DNA of 64,000 nucleotides from Candidatus Omnitrophota bacterium (GTDB lineage Bacteria > Omnitrophota > Gorgyraeia > B26-G9), in NCBI GenBank assembly GCA_016213925.1, contig JACQZH010000021.1, forward strand, positions 6,295 to 70,294, given 5' to 3'. Of this stretch, positions 56,651 through 64,000 are shown piece by piece. How positions within the stretch are numbered: position 1 is the first letter of the stretch; the number at the start of each line of letters is the position of its first letter. The notes beneath the pieces were generated by a model. It saw only the letters and a program-made list of their open reading frames with translations, was not told the DNA's origin and ran no database searches. Position numbers and translations under genes: made by a program.

Positions 56651-58583
56651 ATGCAAAAAGCAATTTGATGATACATGGCAGGTATGTATAAATTGTAATG
56701 AACGGTTGGTAATTGCCGAGCTGGAAAATTTCCCCCTTAAACTGCAGGAAGAATTTAAAGCTTTAACGGTTTTAGCGGAATCGATTAATAAACGGATTAA
56801 GGTGCTGGAAAAAGATTTAATAACGGCGGCTGGATATCTGAAACCGGTTAGCAATGTGAATGTGTTGAAAAGCGCGGGGCAGGCGGAAATTGCCGCGCCA
56901 GTAAAAAAAGAACTTCCGGAAAAGCAAAGCGATGAAAAAGATTATTCCCTGGAGAGTAAAATCGGGAGGGTATGGTTTAACCGTATTGGAATTATGGCGG
57001 TAACTTTAGGGATGGCATTTTTCTTAAAATACGCTTTTGATAATAACTGGATCGGAGAACTGGGGCGTGTTGTATTAGGCCTTTTGGCGGGTTTTGCGAT
57101 GATTATTTGCGGGGAATTGACTCATAGGAAAAAATACAAGGTATTTTCCGAAGGATTTATTACCGGAGGCGCGTCTATACTGTATTTGTCTATCTATGCG
57201 GCAGTTAACTTTTACAAATTAATCGGGGCTATGCCGGGATTTGGCTTTATGGCGATGGTTACCTTGTTTGCCGCTGTTTTCGCGGTACGTTTTGATTCGC
57301 CCAGGGTGATTATTTTTAGTATTATCGGCGGATTTTTGACCCCGTTTCTTATAACTATTGAGGGAGCAGGCATTGTCCCGTTGTTTGCGTACATACTGCT
57401 GCTTGATATGGGAATCCTTTGTGTGAGTTATTTTAAAAAATGGGAACATTGTAATTTAATCGCGCTGTTGCTTACATATTTTACTTATACCAGCTGGCAT
57501 TCAATGGGCCAATATAAAGGAGAGTATTTTTTTATCGTGGAATGTTTTATCACGGGTTATTTTTTGCTTTTTTCCCTGGTAGCGGTTTTGTACAATTTTG
57601 CGCGTAATCAGAAAGCTACTTCCGGCGACGCTGCGGTTATAATTTTTAACGGGATATTTTACTTTTTGGCAAATTACGCCTTATTAACCCAAAGGAAAAT
57701 ATTTTTAGGCCATATCGGTTTTTTCGCTATCGCGCTTGCTGCGGCCTATCTTGTTTTTGCCTACAGTTCTTTCGTAAGGACAAATCCAAAGGACAGGAAG
57801 CTTATTTTTTCATATTTAAGCCTAACGCTGCTTTTCGCCACGGTTTCTTTACCGCTTGAATTGAGGCATCACTGGCTAGTGGCTGGTTTTATTATAGAGT
57901 CAACAATCCTGGTTTGGCTGGGATTTAAAATTCAAAGCAAGGCAATCAGATATACCGGCCTGGGCTTAGCGGTTATCGCGTTACTAAGGCTTATGTCGAT
58001 ATATTTTCCATATTGTATTGATAGTCAGGGGGCGCATTCATTTCTAGGTATTTTTAACAGGAGATTCCTGACTTATTTTGTTTTAACTACTGGAATTTTC
58101 GCCAGCAGCTATCTTTATAAGAGCAATAAATCTTTGCTTGATAACAATGAAAAATGGATGGCGACTTTACTCTCTCTTTGCGCGGTTTTTGTTCTTTTTG
58201 TAAATCTGACTATTGAGATTGCATATTATTTTGCGCATTTAGCGCATATGGAAAACATACCGGATGCCGGGGCATATCCGCTGAAAAGAATGGGCAGGGA
58301 TATGTTGAGGAATATGGAGCAGTTTTCTATTTCCGCGATGTGGGCGGTATATTCTTTAGGGTTAATCATTATCGGTATTGTTAAAAAATTCAGGGCGCTA
58401 AGGATAATGGCGCTAATACTATTGGCTGCGACGATATTTAAGGTGTTTTTGTTTGATATCTCCGGTTTGGCAAAAATCTGGAGGATTTTATCATTTATGG
58501 GGCTGGGGTGCGTGCTGATCGGCGTATCATTTATATATCAGAAATATAAAGATAAAATTTCCGGCCTGATCGGAAAAAATTAG
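56634..58583 (+). CDS. DUF2339-like polytopic membrane protein with N-terminal zinc ribbon
   Basis: CIKCKK...CINCNERL, a coiled coil and then more than 14 TM helices. The start was moved to the ATG at 56634 (RBS AAGGAG). Confidence 0.45.
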   Translation: MKYCIKCKKQFDDTWQVCINCNERLVIAELENFPLKLQEEFKALTVLAESINKRIKVLEKDLITAAGYLKPVSNVNVLKSAGQAEIAAPVKKELPEKQSDEKDYSLESKIGRVWFNRIGIMAVTLGMAFFLKYAFDNNWIGELGRVVLGLLAGFAMIICGELTHRKKYKVFSEGFITGGASILYLSIYAAVNFYKLIGAMPGFGFMAMVTLFAAVFAVRFDSPRVIIFSIIGGFLTPFLITIEGAGIVPLFAYILLLDMGILCVSYFKKWEHCNLIALLLTYFTYTSWHSMGQYKGEYFFIVECFITGYFLLFSLVAVLYNFARNQKATSGDAAVIIFNGIFYFLANYALLTQRKIFLGHIGFFAIALAAAYLVFAYSSFVRTNPKDRKLIFSYLSLTLLFATVSLPLELRHHWLVAGFIIESTILVWLGFKIQSKAIRYTGLGLAVIALLRLMSIYFPYCIDSQGAHSFLGIFNRRFLTYFVLTTGIFASSYLYKSNKSLLDNNEKWMATLLSLCAVFVLFVNLTIEIAYYFAHLAHMENIPDAGAYPLKRMGRDMLRNMEQFSISAMWAVYSLGLIIIGIVKKFRALRIMALILLAATIFKVFLFDISGLAKIWRILSFMGLGCVLIGVSFIYQKYKDKISGLIGKN

Positions 58584-58596
58584 ATAGGAGGCGGTT

Positions 58597-59961
58597 ATGT
58601 GCCGAAGTAATTTATATTTAAGAAGAACGATTGTTTTTGCCGCGGTTTTAATAGTGAATTTTCTTTTTCCCTCTCAATCAAAAGCCGGATTTTCCGTTAC
58701 GGACTGGAAATATTATAAAAGCATAGATCAAAACGCTCTTGGCGAAGGCAAAAATTACCGGGTGGCAGCGGATAAGGAGATTTATAAAGGATCGCATCCC
58801 GGGTTGAATGATTTACGCGTAGTTATTGATGATGAATTTGAAGTTCCGTATGAAATATTTATTTTTAGGGAAGAAAAAAAGAGCTTGAATATGGTTGTAG
58901 AAGTTCTTGAAAATTATACCGGCTATAAAAAAGAGAATATTGTTGTCGTTGATTTAGGCGAAGCCGTCCGGGAAAATAATAAATTAACATTGGAAATAGC
59001 TGATAGTAATTTTGGCAGGAGGGTGATGGTTGAAGGCAGTGAAGATAAATTAAAATGGGGACTGCTTGCGAAAGATAAATATATATATGACTTTAATTTT
59101 GGCTCAAATGCTTCTGATGAGTTCGGCAGGATTAAATGGCATCGCGGGATAGATTATCAATATAGCGCGGAATTCGCTTCAGACGGCTCGTCAAGAGATA
59201 CTGCAGTTATATATAAAAAAAATAAAATGCGTTACCTGAAAATCACTGTTTTCGGGGCCAAAGATGAGGAACCTCTGGAAATCAGTAAAGTTAAGATTGA
59301 TAGTTTTGATACTATCGCGGCAGAAGAAACTAAATATACATGCTTGATTAAAGAGCAGAAGGTTAACCGGGAACAGAAAAGTTCCGAGGTTGTGCTTGAT
59401 TTTGAAGTTGAAAATATTCCTTTATCCCGGCTTGAAATCGCGCTAAGCAGTAAGAATTATTATAGGACGGTTTTTGTCCAGGGCAGTAATGATTTAAAAG
59501 AATGGAAACAGGTGGCAAGAGACGATATTTTTGATTATAGTATTGAAAATTTCGAAGCTTCAAAGAAGACAATAGTTTTTGCCGAGCCGCAATTCCGTTA
59601 TTTTAAATTGGTTATTCTTAATAAAGACAGCTTGCCGGTTAAGGTCAGTTCAGTTACAGGATTTGCTTTAGATAGAAGTATTGTGTTCCCTAAAGAGAAA
59701 GCAGGTGAATTGAAGATTTATTATGGGAATCTTCAGGCGGAAAAGCCGGTATATGATTATACCCGGTTCGTTAGAAAAATCGATCCGCGTAATTTAACGG
59801 TATTGCCTTTGGGAGCGCAGATTGATAATCCGGCATATGTTTTCAAAAAGGTTCATAAGCCCTGGACTGAAGAAAGGCCGTATTTGCTTTGGCTAACGCT
59901 TGGGGTGATAGTGCTGGTATTAGTATTTCTTGTCGCAGCCATGGTAAAAAAGGTTAACTAA
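58597..59961 (+). CDS. DUF3999-like secreted protein with C-terminal membrane anchor
   Basis: Signal peptide, a ~400-aa soluble region and a C-terminal TM helix (LWLTLGVIVLVLVFLVAAMV). RBS AGGAGG. Confidence 0.4.
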   Translation: MCRSNLYLRRTIVFAAVLIVNFLFPSQSKAGFSVTDWKYYKSIDQNALGEGKNYRVAADKEIYKGSHPGLNDLRVVIDDEFEVPYEIFIFREEKKSLNMVVEVLENYTGYKKENIVVVDLGEAVRENNKLTLEIADSNFGRRVMVEGSEDKLKWGLLAKDKYIYDFNFGSNASDEFGRIKWHRGIDYQYSAEFASDGSSRDTAVIYKKNKMRYLKITVFGAKDEEPLEISKVKIDSFDTIAAEETKYTCLIKEQKVNREQKSSEVVLDFEVENIPLSRLEIALSSKNYYRTVFVQGSNDLKEWKQVARDDIFDYSIENFEASKKTIVFAEPQFRYFKLVILNKDSLPVKVSSVTGFALDRSIVFPKEKAGELKIYYGNLQAEKPVYDYTRFVRKIDPRNLTVLPLGAQIDNPAYVFKKVHKPWTEERPYLLWLTLGVIVLVLVFLVAAMVKKVN

Positions 59962-60044
59962 TCCAGGTGGAGGCTTTAATATTAAAATTTATCCGGAGTA
60001 AATTTTCAAGATAAGATACTATTAAAAAGAGAAAGTGATAAGCT

Positions 60045-60737
60045 GTGAAAGAAAAGATATTAATCGTCGAGGATGAAAAAGATATAGTCAAAATGCTTGA
60101 TTATAACTTAAAAAAAGAGGGGTTTAGGCCGCTGGCTGTCTGCGACGGAGAACATGCCCTGGATTTAGCAACCAGGGAACAGCCGGGCCTGGTTATTTTA
60201 GATTTAATGTTACCGGGTATGGATGGTTTAGAGGTTTGCAAGAATCTTAAAAAGGACGCTAAGACCGCGTCTATTCCGGTCATTATGCTTACCGCGAAAA
60301 GCCAGGAATCGGATAAGGTGATAGGGCTTGAGCTGGGAGCGGATGATTATGTAACAAAACCGTTTAGCCCAAGAGAATTGATTGCCAGGATAAAAGCGGT
60401 ATTGCGGCGCGTGAAAGAAAAAGATAAACTGCCGGAGGTATTGAAAACAGGGGATTTAATTATTGATTTATCTAAGATTACAGCGTCTGTTAAAGGTAAA
60501 CCGGTTGAGCTTACGGCAAAGGAATTTGAGCTTCTAAAGGCGCTGATAAAAGCAAAGGGCAGGGTTTTGTCTCGGGATTACCTGCTTGATAACATCTGGG
60601 GTTTTGAACATTCGATGGGGATTCAGACGCGTACTGTGGATGTTCATATCAGGACATTGCGTAAGAAGTTGAAAAATGAGTCAAAACGGATTGTCACAGT
60701 AAAAAATTACGGATACAGATTCGACGATGAAGATTAG
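60045..60737 (+). CDS. phoB: OmpR/PhoB-family response regulator
   Basis: GTG start. The receiver has ...LVILDLMLPGMDGLEV...IPVIMLTA...GADDYVTKPFSPRELIARIKAVLRR, very close to PhoB, plus a winged-helix output domain. Confidence 0.65.
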   Translation: MKEKILIVEDEKDIVKMLDYNLKKEGFRPLAVCDGEHALDLATREQPGLVILDLMLPGMDGLEVCKNLKKDAKTASIPVIMLTAKSQESDKVIGLELGADDYVTKPFSPRELIARIKAVLRRVKEKDKLPEVLKTGDLIIDLSKITASVKGKPVELTAKEFELLKALIKAKGRVLSRDYLLDNIWGFEHSMGIQTRTVDVHIRTLRKKLKNESKRIVTVKNYGYRFDDED

Positions 60738-62499
60738 AAATTTTAAGTTAAAACTGATTTTTTCATATATTTTCATAATTATAATTTCTTTCGGATTTGT
60801 AGCCTTCTTATTAGAAAGGAACCTGGAAGATAACTCGTTTAATAATATCAAAAGTTCGCTGATTAATCAGGCGCTCCTTGTGGAAAATCAAATTACCGCT
60901 GAGCGGGTTAAGAAAGAAGATACCGGGTATTTATGCCCGCTGGTTACTTCCTTGGGGCAGAAGATTAAATGCCGTATTACTATTATTAATAAACTTGGAA
61001 AAGTCTTGGCAGATTCAGAAAAACCCCAGGGAGAAATTTTACAGATGGAGAGCCATCTTTACCGGCCGGAGGTTATCATGGCTTTAGCTGGTACAATTGG
61101 GGTTGATGCCCGCTATTCATCGACGCTAAAGAAGGATATGTTATACACGGCTTTACCTATAAAAGAAAACGAGGAAATTATCGGAGCGGTAAGGCTGGCG
61201 CTTCCTCTTGAGAGCGTGGAAAAAACATTAGGAGAGATTAAAAAGGCAGTTTTGCACGGCCTGATTTTTGCCATAGTTCTTGCTTTTGTCCTGGGCACAA
61301 CAATCGCGGCGCGGACTATACGGTTGATTAACAGGATTATCCGGGCTTCTCGTAAATTTTCTAAAGGAGACTTCAGCAGCAGGATTATACAATCTTCTAA
61401 TGATGAGATCGGGGAACTTGCCGTGACTTTAAACCAAATGGCGCAGGATATCGAAGATAAAATTAAGCAAGTTAAGGCGCGGGATCAGAAATTAGGCGCT
61501 ATTTTTAACAGCATGATCGAAGGGGTTATTGTTATAGATAAAGCGGGGCAAATAGTTTCTGTTAATCCAAGCATTGAAAAAATATTCGGAATCTTAAATA
61601 AAGATGCCGCGGGAAAAAGTTTCTTGGAGGCAATACGCAATAGCGATATCGCGCAAATCGTCAGCGCGGTATTAGAAAAAGGAAAGCCTCTATCAAACGA
61701 GATAGCGTTTATTTATCCGGTGCGCAGGGTGTTTGAGGTTAACGCTACGCCGATTTTTGATAATAATCTTATCAGCGGGTGCCTGGCGGTTGTGCATGAT
61801 ATAACCGAGATAAGAAGATTGGAGACGATACGCAGGGATTTTGTGGCTAATGTTTCTCATGAGTTAAAAACACCGCTTACTTCAATAAAAGGTTTTGTGG
61901 AGACTCTTCTTGAGGGCGCTTTGGATGATAAGGAAAATAACCGGAATTTTCTTAAGATTATCCAGGCCCATAGCGAACGCCTTAACAGCTTGGTCGAGGA
62001 TTTACTATCCTTATCGCATCTTGAATCTAAAGAAATAACTCTGAATAAGAAAAGTTTTGATTTAAGGCTGCTGCTTGAAGAGGTGATTTCCGGAGTTAAG
62101 TCGCAATTAAAAAAGATGAATATTGAAATAAGGAACGACATTCCTGCCGGCATTGGCGTAGCTGCCGATAAAGACAGGATTAGCCAGGTATTTACCAATC
62201 TTATTGATAACGCGGTAAAATTTAATAAAAAAAACGGCTTTATCCGGATATATGCCCAGGAAGTAAGTGGAAAAATTAAAGTTTACGTGGAGGACTCGGG
62301 AATCGGCATTCCTGAAAAAGATGTTTTGCGTATTTTTGAGCGTTTTTACCGCGTAGACAAAGCGCGTTCGCGCGAACTCGGCGGCACCGGCCTCGGCCTT
62401 TCTATTGTTAAGCACATTGTCGAGCTCCATAGCGGCAGTGTAGGCGTGGAGAGCATTGAAGGTTTTGGTTCAAAGTTTTGGTTTATTCTCCCCAAATAG
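60727..62499 (+). CDS. phoR: Sensor histidine kinase (TM-HAMP-PAS-HisKA-HATPase), PhoR-like
   Basis: H-box VSHELKTPLTSI, N-box NLIDNAVKF and G-boxes DSGIGIP and GGTGLGLSIV. It overlaps the phoB stop. Confidence 0.65.
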   Translation: MKIRNFKLKLIFSYIFIIIISFGFVAFLLERNLEDNSFNNIKSSLINQALLVENQITAERVKKEDTGYLCPLVTSLGQKIKCRITIINKLGKVLADSEKPQGEILQMESHLYRPEVIMALAGTIGVDARYSSTLKKDMLYTALPIKENEEIIGAVRLALPLESVEKTLGEIKKAVLHGLIFAIVLAFVLGTTIAARTIRLINRIIRASRKFSKGDFSSRIIQSSNDEIGELAVTLNQMAQDIEDKIKQVKARDQKLGAIFNSMIEGVIVIDKAGQIVSVNPSIEKIFGILNKDAAGKSFLEAIRNSDIAQIVSAVLEKGKPLSNEIAFIYPVRRVFEVNATPIFDNNLISGCLAVVHDITEIRRLETIRRDFVANVSHELKTPLTSIKGFVETLLEGALDDKENNRNFLKIIQAHSERLNSLVEDLLSLSHLESKEITLNKKSFDLRLLLEEVISGVKSQLKKMNIEIRNDIPAGIGVAADKDRISQVFTNLIDNAVKFNKKNGFIRIYAQEVSGKIKVYVEDSGIGIPEKDVLRIFERFYRVDKARSRELGGTGLGLSIVKHIVELHSGSVGVESIEGFGSKFWFILPK

Positions 62500-62663
62500 T
62501 ACCTCGGAAATTTTACCCACAATTAACTTCTATTTGAAGCAGATTTAATATCACTATTATATACTTCTTTTGGAATTGAAAGAAAGGAGGTGATATGCTT
62601 TTTGAGTTTAGTTTGTGGTTCAGAGCCGAATCAAAAAAAATTGTAATTCTGAAAGGAGAGAAA

Positions 62664-63323
62664 ATGAAGAGGACGGTTTTTGCGATAATAGGATTAACTT
62701 TATTTTTAACAGCGAAAGCGCATGCTTATGATAATGGAGATTTTCAAATATGGAACACGGATTATGAAGAGATTAAACTAAACGATAAATCAAAGCTGGT
62801 TTTTGAGGAAGAGTTCCGTTGGGGTAACAAAGTCAGTGAATTTTACTATCAGCACTATGATGTTGGGTTCTTTTATGATTTCACAAAATGGTTCAATGCA
62901 GGAGGAGGTTATCGGCAGATCTACGAACTATATAAAGGTAAGTTTAGGCCGGATAATAATCCTTATTTAACTGCAACCTTATCCGGGGAAGTAAGTGGTT
63001 TTAAGTTTGACGATCGTAGCCGCATGGAGTACAACGACTTTGATTATAAGATGGATTTCTGGAGGTACCGCAATAAGTTTACTCTAAGATTCCCCTGGAA
63101 ATTCACTAGTTTCCAAATACAACCCGTTGTTTCAGATGAGATATTTATTGTTTTAGGGAGGCCTTCTACGCAGCTTAATCAAAATAGGCTCTCTGCAGGA
63201 CTTGGCTTTAATGTAGCTAAGAACGTAAAAGCTGAGATTTATTATATGTTGCAGAGCAGCAAAAGTACGGATAGATGGGTAGGTACCAACGTGCTGGGTG
63301 CGAAGTTAAAAATAGCGTTTTAA
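62664..63323 (+). CDS. Putative small outer-membrane beta-barrel protein (DUF2490-like) in pho locus
   Basis: Signal peptide, alternating beta-strand pattern and a C-terminal ...LKIAF. The start was moved to the ATG at 62664 (RBS AAAGGAGAG). Confidence 0.35.
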   Translation: MKRTVFAIIGLTLFLTAKAHAYDNGDFQIWNTDYEEIKLNDKSKLVFEEEFRWGNKVSEFYYQHYDVGFFYDFTKWFNAGGGYRQIYELYKGKFRPDNNPYLTATLSGEVSGFKFDDRSRMEYNDFDYKMDFWRYRNKFTLRFPWKFTSFQIQPVVSDEIFIVLGRPSTQLNQNRLSAGLGFNVAKNVKAEIYYMLQSSKSTDRWVGTNVLGAKLKIAF

Positions 63324-63326
63324 GAT

Positions 63327-63354
63327 TTTACATAGATTTTACATTAACTTCACA
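63327..63354 (+). promoter_or_regulatory. Pho-box-like direct repeats (TTTACA-5-TTTACA-5-TTCACA)
   Basis: Three TT[T/C]ACA hexamers at 63327, 63338 and 63349 with 11-bp periodicity, about 100 bp upstream of pstS and downstream of phoBR. Confidence 0.4.
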
Positions 63355-63451
63355 TGGAAATAATATAGGTAAAATATACTATAAAGAAAAGATGACACCC
63401 TGCGCTAATCGGAATTGCGCCGGTGTTGTGTCTGTACACAAGGAGGAAGAT

Positions 63452-64000
63452 ATGTTTAGAAAGTGGGTATTCGTTTTGATAATAGTTATGTTTGCGGCTT
63501 CTGCGTTTGCCGCGAAAGATAAAAATTCGATACAGGTCAAAGGTTCGGATACTATGGTTAATTTGGGCCAGGCCTGGGCTGAAAAATATATGGAGAAAAA
63601 TCCCGCGGATTTCGTGGCAGTTACAGGCGGGGGCTCAGGTACCGGTTTATCCAGCCTGCTTAGCGGCACTTGCGATATTGCCATGTCTTCAAGAAATATA
63701 AAGGAAAAAGAAATTACTCTTGCTAATCAGAAGGGTATAAATCCTAATGAAATAAAAGTCGCGCTGGATGGGCTTGCGGTTGTGGTAAATCCGGATAATC
63801 CGATAGATAAGCTTACCGTGGATCAGTTGGCGGGGATTTTTACGGGAAAAATTGTCAATTGGAAAACTCTTAGTGGCAGGGATGAAAAGATAGTTATACT
63901 TTCCCGGGAAGTTAATTCCGGGACACATGTGTATTTTAAAGAGCATGTGTTAAGAAAAAATGACCCGAATAATAAAGAAGAATTCGCGCCTCAAGCGTTG
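63452..64000 (+). CDS. pstS: Phosphate ABC transporter substrate-binding protein PstS (partial, runs off window)
   Basis: RBS AAGGAGG, a signal peptide, and then GSDTMVNLGQAWAEKY...GGGSGTG...SSR. Confidence 0.75.
   Translation, partial: MFRKWVFVLIIVMFAASAFAAKDKNSIQVKGSDTMVNLGQAWAEKYMEKNPADFVAVTGGGSGTGLSSLLSGTCDIAMSSRNIKEKEITLANQKGINPNEIKVALDGLAVVVNPDNPIDKLTVDQLAGIFTGKIVNWKTLSGRDEKIVILSREVNSGTHVYFKEHVLRKNDPNNKEEFAPQAL

Noticed and set aside
1-64000. tRNA / rRNA genes
   Set aside because: Scanning the few intergenic regions found no cloverleaf-like GTTC-loop signatures or rRNA-like conserved blocks. The Family A core was considered as tmRNA/6S/RNase P but lacks their conserved boxes.

Overview
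This 64-kb window looks like a chromosomal segment of a low-GC (roughly 37-40% by eye) Gram-negative anaerobe. The Gram-negative call rests on a TonB-dependent receptor fragment with ExbB/ExbD/TonB, outer-membrane beta-barrel proteins, a GT9 heptosyltransferase and pseudopilins. Coding is dense and almost all on the + strand. Recognisable housekeeping blocks are listed below.

- **Core metabolism and information processing:** rsmD-coaD, pta-ackA, and yceD-rpmF-plsX-fabD-fabG-acpP-fabF (no fabH in the cluster). Single genes include smc, hemW, msrAB, tpx, radC, pgl and an EF-P-family protein.
- **Energy metabolism:** an acyl-CoA dehydrogenase with EtfB and a ferredoxin-fused EtfA, and a UbiA-prenyltransferase / NDH-2 / HemW / polyprenyl-synthase cluster.
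- **Signalling and transport:** a GAF-GGDEF cyclase, a phoB-phoR-OMP-pstS region with a PhoP/PhoB-type box, and a DUF485 plus acetate-type symporter pair.
- **Pilus-like loci:** two separate pseudopilin loci, one GspJ/K/L-like and one of pilin plus minor pseudopilins.

Observations that do not fit standard annotation:

1. A protein with two tandem MshEN-type c-di-GMP-binding modules fused to a CheX-like domain sits immediately upstream of the second pseudopilin operon.
2. The SMC protein carries an AMPK-beta-like CBM48 glycogen-binding domain inserted in its hinge.
3. There are two unrelated families of structured intergenic repeats. Family A is a ~190-260 bp core linked to a recurring TTTGGGATAA motif (3 loci). 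Family B is a ~240 bp long imperfect palindrome with terminal inverted repeats (2 loci).
4. An identical 30-bp promoter module lies in front of two unrelated genes.
5. A response-regulator/histidine-kinase deletion remnant is present.
6. rsmD ends right after its DPPY motif, inside coaD.
7. Five GTAAC repeats phased at 10 bp lie upstream of rpmF.

No rRNA, tRNA or CRISPR array was detected by eye.
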